Under the pieces are notes generated by a model, which saw only the letters and a list, made by a program, of their open reading frames with translations, did not search any database and had not been told where the DNA came from. 64,000 bases of DNA, from positions 1,313,674 to 1,377,673 of the forward strand of contig MU057651.1 in assembly GCA_013265495.1 (NCBI GenBank), in the 5' to 3' direction. Each line of letters begins with the position of its first letter. Positions within the stretch are counted from its first letter, which is position 1. Of the stretch, positions 12,720 through 25,100 are shown piece after piece. The DNA is from Vicugna vicugna (lineage: Eukaryota). Both the position numbers and the translations under genes were made by a program.

Positions 12720-13470
12720 TCTAGCACTATAATTAAAAAGGCAGTCAATAACAAGTGTTGGTAAGGATGTGGGGAAATTGGAACCCTCATACATTGCTGG
12801 TGGGAATGTAGAATGGGTACAGCCATTATGGGAAACTGTTTGTTGGTTCCTCAGAAAGTTAAACATAGAATTATCACATGACCCAGTAGTTCCACTCCTA
12901 TATATCTACCCAAGAGAAATGGAAACATTATGCCCCCACAGAAAGCATTATTCGTAGTAGCCAGAAAGTAGAAATAACCCAAATGTCCATCAGCAGATAA
13001 ATGGATAACAAAATGTGATATATCCATACAATCGAGTATTATTGGGCAATTAAAAGAGTGACATACTTTTACAAAATGTAACATGTCAAATTTATCAAAT
13101 AGAAGGAAATCAGTTTTAAAAAGGGTGATGTACTGATGCGTGCTACAACGTGGATGAAAACCTTAAAACATTATGCTAAGTGAAAGAAGCCAGAAGCAAA
13201 TGGCCAAATGTTGTATGATTCTACTTATATAAAATGTCCAGAACAGGCAAATCCATAGAGACAGAAAGTAGATTAGCACTTGCCAAGAGCTGGGGGGAGG
13301 GGAGAGTAGGGACAGACTCCTAACAGGTGTGGGGTTTCTTTTTGGTGTGATGAACAGTTTTAAAACTGGATGGTGGTAATGATTGTACAACTCTGAATAT
13401 ACTAAAACACTGAACTGTATACATTAAGACGGTGAATTTTATGGTATGTGAATTATATGTCAATAAAGCT
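12720..13470 (+). mobile_element. Ancient L1 (L1M type) 3' fragment: ORF2 end and 3'UTR
   Basis: Typical motifs aacaagtgttggtaaggatgtgg, cccaaatgtccatca and attatgctaagtgaaagaagccag. Ends at caataaag. Confidence 0.88.
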
Positions 13471-13544
13471 ATTACATATCAAAAACATTAGCGAGTATAT
13501 TACTATAATTATTTGAAATTATAAAAGTGTTAAATTACATTTGT

Positions 13545-13765
13545 GCCAGGGGCTGGGAGGAGAGAGGAATGGGGCGTTGGTGTTTAATGGGTACCGTGCT
13601 TCAGTGGGGCAAGATGAAAAAAGTTCTGGAGATGGATGGTGGTGATGCTTGCACAACAATGTGAATGTATGTAATCCCACAGAGATGTACATTTAAAAAT
13701 GGTTAAAATGGTGAATTTTGTTATATATATTTTACCACAATAAAAAAATCTATAATCCTAAAAAA
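13545..13765 (+). mobile_element. Second L1MB-like 3' end fragment
   Basis: gttctggagatggatggtggtgatg...tttaaaaatggttaaaatgg...ttttaccacaataaaaaaa. Confidence 0.8.
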
Positions 13766-14603
13766 ATATATTTTATGTCATTCTAATGTATAAGGCTTTT
13801 TTTACCCTCTTTTTTTTTTCTTTTTACAAGGGAAACTGAGTGTGATTGGCCTTTGAATTTTTATGCATGAGATTCTTCTGGTCTGTGTTTTAGATCTTCT
13901 CTCCTGTGTGTATGTGTTGGGGGCTGGTGGGGGCGTTATACACATACCATAAATGTCTTTATCTTGGCTTTGAATGAGAACTTGAAAATATTTTTTAAAA
14001 CTTTATTTGCCAGTTGGAAAATAAAAGAAGCCAAACTGTAGGAAATTTGTGTTGTTGAATTATAAATTAGTGAAATGCTGTTCTCAGAGTATGAATTATC
14101 ACAGATTTCCTGATTTTCTCGTTAGTCTTAGCTCCCTGAATGGGGAAAAACATGTATACTTTATATATAACATCTCTATCTTTCTGTAAGCCTTTTCCTC
14201 TGTAGAGCAGGATAAAACGAACACCAAAATGCATTGAAAACACTTACAAACATAGAAGTATGTTTGTATAATACAGTGAGTGAGTTTCTGAATGCAAAGG
14301 AAGAGATGGAAACATGAAAATGAAAATCCAGCAATGAGGAAGTCACTGAAAAAGGAATTAAATTATTTCCAAAGGTCATAGAACTTTGTTCTGACCCAAG
14401 AAGTTTGTAGGCTCTAAATTTGTAACCTCTAAGGATTGATCTGTGAAAACATTTTCTAAGCCTGGCTCTGCTGCACAGGACATTTGAAGATCGACAGCAT
14501 AAATACCAACAGTGCCATTAATACAGTGTGCAATCAGAGATGTATTTGTTTCCTTGACCAGGAAGTGGTTTCTTTTAAAAGTACAAGGAACACACAGTGC
14601 CTC

Positions 14604-14652
14604 TGTGTGTGTGTGTGTGTTGTGTGTGTGTGTGTGTGTCTGTCTGTCTGTC
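14604..14652. repeat. Compound (TG)n/(TGTC)n microsatellite
   Basis: Interrupted TG run followed by TGTC units. Confidence 0.95.
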
Positions 14653-15357
14653 TTTGCACTTTTTGTCCATTCTACTATTGCAGGAAGAATTATGATCTTC
14701 CAACATTTTTTGTCCTTTACAGTGGGGTTTTTCTAGAGTTTGGCACTGTGGTACACTACCTTGATTACAGGATCCAATCAGAGTTGATGTACTCAGAAAT
14801 CCATTGATGTGATTACTGGTCTCCTAATCATAATTTTATTTCCTAGATTAGCCCTATTTCCTGTAATTTCACAATTTTTGAGTTATATCTTGAATTATCC
14901 TATATAGGGGGCCTGAAATCCTTGTAAGTATTTTTAGTTTGTAATTTACATGATTATTTTCATTTTCTTTGATTTCTTTTGCTTGAAGAAAATAAATTTT
15001 TTTATCTTTTTTTGAACTCTTTACGTGCAGTTCTATGGTAACCAGCCAACCTAGTTTGAACTTTTTTTTTACAACATGAAATATATATATGTATATTTTT
15101 TTTCACCAGTGCTAGATCCAGAAGTCATCCCACAAGTTTCCACTACTCTGGTTTTTATTCTCCTCAAAAGTAAAATAACGCATTCTTAGACTCTGCAAAT
15201 AACAGGGAAGTACACCAGGAAATGACTGTACAGGAAATGTAATTGATCATTCACTCTTTACAACTGAATTGGTCACAGGATTGGCGAGTAAACACCATCT
15301 ATTGAATGAACAAAAATAATGACTTCTAAAATCTTTGAGGCCTTTGAGTACACTTGA

Positions 15358-15606
<249 letters not shown>

Positions 15607-16534
15607 TAGAGAATTTTTAAAGAAAAATGAAGGTAACTCCTGAGTAATTATTAAAAATTAGGCCCAGAAAATAACTCTTTCAGCCCATTCTCTATTGTAG
15701 GAGATAGAGAGTAACAAAGATAAACTTCACAGCAGATCGATGAGTTATGAGCAAAGAAGTTTTTTTTTTTAAGGCAAAGTGCCCTGTGTTGTTTTATCCC
15801 CAAACTGAATTTGCTCTTCATTTTTATCCTATTATTTTGCCACAGCACCTCATAAAAGCTGTTAATAAGTAGTAGGCAGGACTGATTGGAATTTATTTCT
15901 CCTCTTATTTCCATTCCAGTGCACTCTGGTGTGACTGCCACCAAAGCAGTTTGGTGGTCAGAGGATACATCACAGAAACAAGGAGCAAAAGAGTTAGGAT
16001 GATACACCTGTTGAGGAAATCCGCTCATGGATAATAACAGGGTGTTGGTTCACTAGAGTTAAATCATGCTGCTTCCTTCTGGGCTACCTTAATCTATGCA
16101 TTTACACACACTAACAAGGGGATATCTAGGGTACTCTGTGCATTGTCATTATCCAAATAGCCTATATTGATCATATTTTTATTCTTCTTTAGTATGTGGG
16201 GTTGGGTTGTTAAGGAAGTTCAGAGGTTCTCACCATGATTTGTTTTGGTGGTTGGGTGGAGTTAGTTGAATGTATGTCAATGGCATGTTACACGCAAACA
16301 TACCCATCTTAATGCTTAGTGTATTTGAAGCATTGCTACATGTACAAAAGTGCTAAGATTTGTTCCCTGCCATAAACCTCTTGTAGTCTAATAGCAGAGA
16401 AAAGAAGTATACACAGGCACAAAGAGATGAGTGCTGTAAGAATGAAACAATGGGAATTCAGTGACATACAGAGCATTCTTGTTCATACCCACACTCATTT
16501 ATGACATGACTGTATCAAGATACAACATGTTTAA

Positions 16535-16666
16535 GGGGAGTGTATAGCTCAGTGGTAGAGCACATGCTTAGCATACACAAGGTCCTGGGTTCAATCCCCA
16601 GTATCTCCTCTAAAAACAAATAAGTAAGTAAACCTAATGACCTCCCCGCAAAAATATTTTTTCTTA
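16535..16666 (+). mobile_element. tRNA-Ala-derived SINE (Vic-1 type)
   Basis: Same head and tail. 18 bp TSD aagatacaa(c/t)atgtttaa at 16517-16534 and 16667-16684. Confidence 0.92.
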
Positions 16667-17324
16667 AAGATACAATATGTTTAATTCTACTGCCTTTTTA
16701 GAATGACTACCCCCACAGTAACTGAGATATTTTGATTTGTGGACAGACCACTTTCTTGGCAGTTAATTTTATTTTTGCCCCCCTCCCCGATTCCTTGTGA
16801 GACTTTGGACAACTTACTCCACTGCAATTCAGTTTTTCCACATACAGAATAAGACATTTATAATGTTCTTAATCTTCATTGAAAAAAATCTCTGTGATAT
16901 AAATATTGTTGTTATGCCAGAGAGAGTAGGATGAAAGAGTTCCTTTCTGGGTTTTGTGGTTGGGTTTTTTGGAGCATTATCAGAATATGAAAGCATCTTA
17001 AGTTTCTTTTTCTAAAGGAGAAAATAAAATTAGTTGGTAGTGTTGATCCTGGCAGAGTTGGAATGTGTGAAACCTTTTATAGAATTAAAAATTTCCTAAT
17101 TGATTGTTTTCTGTAAGTTTTATTGCTCCTATTTGAATTTTTCTTAAAGAGAAGTCTACCGATACTATAGAAATATTCCCAGTACTTACTTTGTAAACGA
17201 TCCCAAATCATATCCCTTACTCATTAGCAAGTATTACAGTTCAGGTGGTTCTTTGGCTATTTTAAGGCCACTGCTTCCTATTCTCTAGCTAGAGTTTTAT
17301 TTCTGCTTTCTGAATTGGAGGGTG

Positions 17325-17325
<1 letters not shown>

Positions 17326-17361
<36 letters not shown>
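17326..17361. repeat. (TG)n microsatellite
   Basis: About 18 TG units. Confidence 0.95.
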
Positions 17362-17362
<1 letters not shown>

Positions 17363-18169
17363 TGGTGGGGATGGAAGTGATAATAGTGGGAAAAGCCTGA
17401 GATCTAGGGGATGACTGAGCTATAAAAACACTTCTGCCCTTACTTGCAGCCACAGTTGGAGTACAGTTCTTGGGGGGGCAGGGGGTGGGTGGCACAGAGT
17501 ACACCATCATCTTCTTTAGCCCATACCAGGCACTGTCTACAGCTAAAATGAACCTTAATATTACTGGGCTTTTATGTTCATGAAATATATCATCTTTCTG
17601 TTGGGAGGGTGGGAGGTGAAGCATTTAAGAATTGGTACTGTGTACTCTTTCAGGGAGCATTTATCATCTCTGGTCACCCACCATCTGCCAGTTATAATTT
17701 CTAGAAGATTCTATATTGCTTCTACTTGGTATTGTATATTTAATACATTCCTTAAGGCTTAAACATTGGTATCTATTTAGTGATGCTTTTACATTAAGCA
17801 ACAACAACAAAAAACATACACACATATATTTTTGTGCTTTTAATATATAAGCATTTGAAAGTGATTTAGGTACTGCTAGAATGAATGGCTGTGCTAAAAG
17901 GGAGAGACTGTCCTTTTCAGTTAATTTCTCTTATGCTAAATACTTTGTGCATAAGAGAAATTTGTTCCCAAAGAGTAAGTGTGAAAGTTACATTTTTAAG
18001 TAGAAGAATATGATTTGGCCCTTTTTAAGAAAATGTAAGTGATTGAAAATGGAATATTATTGTGGGAATGATATATAAGGATTTTTCTTAATAATTCTGA
18101 AAAAGCATTGCTACTTTAAACACAGAATGCCAAAGTAGAATTAAAGGCATTTTAAAAAAAAGTATATGG

Positions 18170-18725
18170 CAATAAAATTCCACTCCTGAGTTATATACCC
18201 CAAAGAAATGAAAATAGATGTTGAAACAAAAACTTGTACATGAACATTCATACAGCCACTATTTTCACAATAGCCAAAAGGTGGAAACAACCCAAATGTC
18301 CATCAACAGATGAGTGGATGACAAAATGCATTACAGCCATACAATGGAATATTATTCAGCCATAAAAAGAAATTAAGTACTGATACATGCTACAACAGGA
18401 ATGAGCCTTGAAAACATTATGCTAAATGAAAAGAGCCAGACTCAAAGGCCACATACTGGATGATTCTATTCATATGAAATATCCAGAATGGGCAAATCCA
18501 TAAAGATAGACAGCAGATTAGTGGTTGCCAGGGGTTGCAGGGGAAGGGGTGAATGGGGCTGCTTAATGGCTACAGGATTTCCATTGGGGGTGATGAAAAT
18601 GTTCTGGAACTGGATAGTAGTGACGTTTGTATAACATTGTGAATGTACTTAATGTCACTGAACTGTACACTTTAACGTGGTTAAAATGGTAAATTTTATG
18701 TTATATGTATTTTACCACAATAAAA
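18170..18725 (+). mobile_element. L1MB-like 3' fragment
   Basis: ggaaacaacccaaatgtccatcaacagatg, atggaatattattcagccataaaaa, ending ttttaccacaataaaa. Confidence 0.88.
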
Positions 18726-21700
18726 GGCATATATACATGTGCATGTTATATATTCAAACCTACTGTCCGTAATAGTATAGTGATCCTAAATTATCGAAGA
18801 ATAAAACTTTAAAAATTCAAAACATAAAGAAAGAAAGAAATGCAAGCCATTTGTAATTATACCATTCTGAGATGACCACTGTTAACATTTTGGAATACTT
18901 AATTCTTTTTCTGTGTCTTTGTCTCAATAAAACCACATATTTGTTTATGTAACTGAGATCATATTGAATATACAGTGACTATTAAAAAGCATTATGGGGA
19001 AGTCTGTTTATGGTTTATCTTTGTATATAAGTTAATTATTTATATTGTGGATTTCCTTTATAAGAATTCAGTCTATATTATGAAGATGTATGTTTCACTT
19101 TGAGAAATTTCAGTCAAATAGGTACAGCTTTTCTTCCAAGAATGAAATATCTTATACACCATAAAGTATCTCATCTTAACCTGAAATGCATAGTGTTATA
19201 TATGTTTATGCCAGAGGGGGAACAGATGATTACAGAATTTCAACAGAGAATTTTTAAGTCGGGGATCGGTAATGAGTATGTTTTATATAAGCAGAAGGCT
19301 CTATCATAGAGCTTTTCTGGCCGAAGTACAGTTTGAGAGTTGACCCCCACTGGTGAAGTGTGTTACTGCAGTAGAATTCCTAATTAAAGGGACGAAAATG
19401 CCCAGATCAAAGCAGGGAGAGGGAGAAGTCTAGAAGTCCCCGAGGGAAGAGTTAGGTAACTTCAGTAACAAGAAAGATATCCCTGTGGTCATGAGGATGA
19501 GGGATGTGACCAGTGGTAACAGACACCTAATTTTTAAATAATCAGGAAAAAAGTGAACTGCCGCAAGGCTGGCAGTTACTTTCTTCTTCATCCAAAGCTT
19601 TTAACTCAGCCTGTTTGGGAGCTCTCTTTTGGTAACATGTCTCTAATTTTATAATGGAAGTTAGGAGGAAAGTAGGATTTACAACAGACCTTGTTTTAGA
19701 GGCTAGAATGCTTCTGTTTGATAATGCAAAGACTGATAAATGGTTTCACAAGTGGGTGTAATTCATTTCAAGTCAATGCTGAATTGACAGAATGATCAGT
19801 AATGCTTCCTTCTGTTATAGTTCCTCAAAATAGTGTTTATACATTTAAAATAAGTGTCTATAGGTAGCCTCTCAAGGGCTCTGAGTAGTGATTAGAAACA
19901 ACAAAACCATCCACAAAAGGCTGTAAAGACAGACTGGAACAGTGGTCCCACCCTTCTGAGAACTGCTGATCATTTCCCACATCGTGATCTACGTGTTGCC
20001 CTGGTAGCTGTGAAAAGAATGAAAAGTGAATGATTTGGGGGGAAAGTTCATTAACTGATAAGTTGAAACATCTACCTGCAAGGCTAAAATGGTTGTTAAA
20101 TGAGGGAAATTGCTCCTCTCAGGAGAAATCCAAAGTGATCTGCCTTGTGTTTGAAGACAGAAACATGTCACTGTTGTTCTGTGTTCTTCAACTGACAGCA
20201 TTCTCTTAATTCTGAATGGCAGGATGACTGACCAACACTGCACTTTAGAAAGAGAGAAAAGCTCGCACGGCATGTTGGAGTCCTCTAAAATGATCTGTAG
20301 CCTAGCACTTGTATGGTTCCACTATTTGGGAGCCACATTTCCTTTTAAAGATCTGAAAGGATAGAAAACCAATGACATTACAATACCTGGCGTTTGACTC
20401 AAGGGGTGATTCTAGTGTGTCATCTACTGGCTGCTCATTTTCAGGACAATATAAATAAGCTTTTTGTTTCTGGAAGAACTTGTATAGCAAGTATGTTACC
20501 CGTGATCTTGTTGGGGAACGAATGTAGCAATTTGCTGACAGATGTCAAAATATTTTATAAATTGTGGTCAGGCATCTTTATTTCTGTGCTTTAGAGATAA
20601 GATCATTTTGAAGGCACAAGGAGAAATGTTTTCTGTATTCTAAAGTAGACCTTTAGATCATATTTCAATAGATTAGTGACATTTTTACAAACTGTAAGGC
20701 ACTTTTTGCTCTATCTAGCTCCCTGAATCACTGAGACCTCATCTGTATATACAGCTGACACTTGTGGTCCTAATAAGACAGACTGTTCCTTTTTAGCACC
20801 CAACACTTACATGGAATCAACCCATGGTGAGGCTGGTCAGCGTGATTCTTATGTGATGCCAAAAATCTGTCCCCAGACTATAGAGCTAGACCTCAAGCCC
20901 CTAGTCTCCCTCTGTCCCTGAAGTACTGAAGCATCTGTCATTATTTGTGAGCTTGCTGGACTCCTGGTACTCAGAGAGCTGCACTTCACTTGGAAAGCAA
21001 CCTCCAAAGCACACCTCTGAGTGATCACAGCTCCATTTTTAACGTGTTCAGTTGCAGTTAATAATAGGATGCTTTTGTAACAGCATTCATCAGAGTAAAC
21101 AGATGAGATGAATAAATTGGCTGCCATCATTATCTCTCATGTATTTTAGAAGTTCACGTTCTCCGTTTCGCCCTCTCTCCCCATCTAAAGGTTTACATTT
21201 TTTCTAGCTCCTCTTAATGTTCCACTGAAAACAGTTGTTCCCTTTCACACACAGATGATTCGCATGACTCACAGAGTCACCAAGTGAAATGACTTCTGGT
21301 GGTATATGTTCTGTCAGCCCCCAACCCTGGGTTATTTTTTTCACAGCTATGATAAACACTCTGTTTTGCTTCTCTTCTAACTTAAGATTTCTGCCTTTAA
21401 AAAATATACATGTAGGCGTCATATATCTAGGAAAATGCTTTTCACAGTGTTTTCTCAGGGACCTTGGGATTTTTGTGTAAGATGTCACTGTCGTTATGAT
21501 AATTTAGTCTTTGTCCTCAAGCTCTACTTTGAATGTTTTTTCAAGTGCCGCAGAACACTGGGAAAGGAATGCTTCATGCTTCCTGGCCATCTAAAAAGAA
21601 TTTGCCGTGAATCAACAAGTCAGTGTATCAGAAGCCTAGTGAGGAAGCAAGCTGAGCAAAGTAAAGTAACTTCTAGAAGGTGATTTAATGTGTAAAAATG

Positions 21701-21949
21701 TCCATTAGCTCTTGGGACTCTTAGTAACATGAGCTGTTGTAGTCCATTCTCAGGCTTCCCCCAGTTGCTTCCTGCTTTCCTCCCAGTGTGTTGTTTGGCG
21801 GGGGGGGGGGGCGTCTTCCTGTTTCTTCCCCCAAATCCACACACTTTTCCAGCCCTTTCCCTAGAAGTTCCATTCTAGTCTCCTCTTTCCTGTACAGTTT
21901 GCCGGTGTGTATATATCTCCAGCATGCATATAAAAGGGTACAGAATTTC

Positions 21950-22100
21950 AGGCATGAGGGGACTTGGGTTCTCTTCCTAACTGCCACTACCCAGCTCGGT
22001 GACCTTTCTGGATCACCATTTCCTCACCAGGAATCTGGAAAAGTTGGACTAGATAATTCCTCAGATCTCTCTGGATGCTCACAGAGTGTGATGCTGTGAC
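21950..22100 (+). mobile_element. MIR3-like fragment
   Basis: gacttgggttctcttcctaactgccactac...tttcctcacc...gttggactagat. Confidence 0.5.
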
Positions 22101-25100
22101 TCCCATCTTATGAATGGCTCGCTTCGTTTTTCTTCCAGAGAATGAATCACTACTAGCCATTTAGAAGTCACAAGTGGTCCCTATAACTTTTCAAATGGCC
22201 ATTGCCAATTGAAATGTAGGCAATGAAGTGAAAGTTTTTTTTAGTCCATTTAAACATTTTTTTACATTCTAGATTTCTTTTTCACAAAGGAATTCTCTTT
22301 AGGAAGGAAAATATTCTAAACCATAAATGCTTCTATTTTATTACTGCATCATCCCTTGTTTTAAGTCAACATTATACTTACAAATCCTAATTCAGCAAAT
22401 ATAGTAGGGAGCGATTATTCACTTTACAAATAGATATTTTCCTTTGCAGAAAGACTCACTATAGGATTTCGCTATTGTCTTCCTCATGACTTTAAAATTA
22501 ATTCATTTACATAAATTCAACCCATATGTAATTTTTTAGGAACAAATCTCTTTTGTAGACTTGAGGAAAACCATACTGAGTCAGATACTCAATGTACAGT
22601 TCTAAGCTGTATAATGTTTTTCTTAGTTTCCTATCAGGCAAACAACATTATTTTATATTGGGAACATTTGCAAGAGGTGTTTTTTCCCCTAGCCTTTGAA
22701 GAGCAAACTAAATCACATCTCTAGATTTTAAGCAAATTTTATAACTTTAGGTTCCTTTCTGTAAATTCACTCCCTTCTTCATTCTCTTTAAAGAAATGGT
22801 AGGAATGCATTTTTCTAACTTTTGATGAAAAGCAGGCTTTTTATTTAAAGGTCACCTGTGTTGCCTGAACTTTCCTTGGAAAGCTGCAGGATGTTCAGTT
22901 TTTAAGGAATGCTCATTATAATTAATCATTACAGAGAACTGGGGTGTTTTTTTTTCCCCTTAATTGCACTCTAAGCTGTCACTTGTTCTCTGCACAACCT
23001 TAGAGTAAGAAGAATTTCTTTCATTGCAAATGATATATAAACATGTTTGGCTTCATAGCTTTTCAAAGCACCTCTTCAGTAGCCATGCTTTACTTAAAAT
23101 CTTAACTAATTCTTTAAAGGTTCATGGGGGTGATTAGTAGCTAGTCCAGGTATTTTAGAGCTGTGCGTCTGCTGTTAGTTAAAATAAATGTTATCAGATT
23201 GTTGTTCAGTGGCCTTTGAGAAATAATTTGGCAGGCTCATGTTCCTGATAGACAAGATGTCTAAATCTCCTACAGGAATCAAAATTGGCACTAATTGGTC
23301 CTTTGGTAAGCCCTGCAAAAGACAAGAATTGAGACTGAAAAAAAAAAGAATTGAGACTGAACTGATTTCTAAGCTAAAGGTGACTGGTTTGCAGGGATTT
23401 TAGAGAAGAACAACACATGTATATTTTGGTCAAAAAGACCTTTGCAGTTGTTTTCACAAAATAGCAACAGGAAAAAAAACCAAAAAAAAACAACCTCAGC
23501 TGAGGTAGATGGTGAAGCAGTTTTTAAAGTAGAATATGTAAAAAGGTTACCCAGGCCCAAGTAAAGCTTTGCAATCAATTACCCTTTTTGATTCATTTTT
23601 GTAGCACTTCTTCTGCTTTTAAAAGCTTCTCACTTAAAAGAAATTGGAAAGCAAGGACAGCTACAGAAGCTGGTCAGATAATAGATAAAAACAGCCTAAC
23701 AATATAGTCCTTGGCAGCATCTCAGTTGGTTCAGAAGATTATTTTTTAAGTTACTAAGGCAAGAGTTGTCTCTTGGTGGCACTAGGATCACATACCATCT
23801 TTATTTTCTCTTTTATGCTTTTCTAAAGGGATTTTTTGGTAATATGCATGTATATTTTTATAAACAAAAAATCCATTTTTTAAGGTTTACAAAAGTAAAA
23901 ATTATCAAGGGAAAAACCCTGAATTGCAGCAACACTGTTTTTAAAATTTATTTGGCCAGTTGTGAAGTGTTGTTAACCATTGTTAAGAGTTAATTGTTAA
24001 TCAGATAGGCCCCTTCAAAACTTCAGATTTACTTCTGAAATTGATGGGTGCATTAAAGTGATGGGGAATCACAACTCTGAGGATTTGATGGGCAGATCTG
24101 GACAATATGTAGTCGACATTATTTTTGGTAGTATCAGGATTGGAGGAAGTGATTCATTAGGATCTGTACAAATTGTCATCAGCCTTTATGATGAAAATGT
24201 TAATTTTCTTGCCCAAATAAGCATTATTCAAGAGATAAACTTGGAGAAAGCCCAAGTTTGGAGTATTTTCCTTATGTGGAATTTGCTTCCACTGGGAAGA
24301 GGAAGAGTCAGCCTGCAGAAGGCTGAGCTGGGGGTGGGACAGAAGGTACCATGAGGCTATGAGTGAACAAGTTAAATCTTCTTCATTGTGGTTTTCGTGC
24401 TTTTAGGCGAAATATCACTTAGGGCTTTGTCTTCCTAAGAATATTAGAAACACCAGACTCTGGGTTAGACCCATGGGTTGTCCAGTGCAGTGTTTATTTC
24501 TGTCCGTGATACCACAGACTGTTTTGTGAGAGAGCATGTGTGGGGATGCCAGCCTCTAAGGTTGGGGGGTGTGCCAGACATCCTGAGCTCCTCATTAGGA
24601 ACAGAGTCCTTTCATTCACTTCAGTGGAACTGGCATATTGAGCCTGGCAGGTCACTCTTATGTGAATGACCAGTGACTGGCTGCTTTGTTAATTGCAAAA
24701 CATATTTTGCCAAATGATATCAGCAACAAAGCCATGTCAGACAACCTTCGATTCTTTGGCCTCCTGATGGGTTTTCTTTTATTCAAGGCAAACCCACTGA
24801 AAATCAGTGGAGTGAGATGGCCATTCTGTTACAGGGAAACCCAACATTTGCTTCTGAAAATGGGGCAAAGTGGGACTAGCTGTGACATTTGCTAAGACAG
24901 GATGAACCTGAGACAGTAAATTGGTTTTACTGAATGGATATGATCTCGGGGCAGATTTAGCTTTGAGGGTTAGGACTGTGTAGGTAATTGTGGACCCAAA
25001 TGGTCCAAGGCTTGCATGGAGCCTACTCCACTTAGCCAGAGCACATTTTATACTCACTGATGCTTTTAGCAAGATGATTTTTTTCATGTTTCAGCATATC

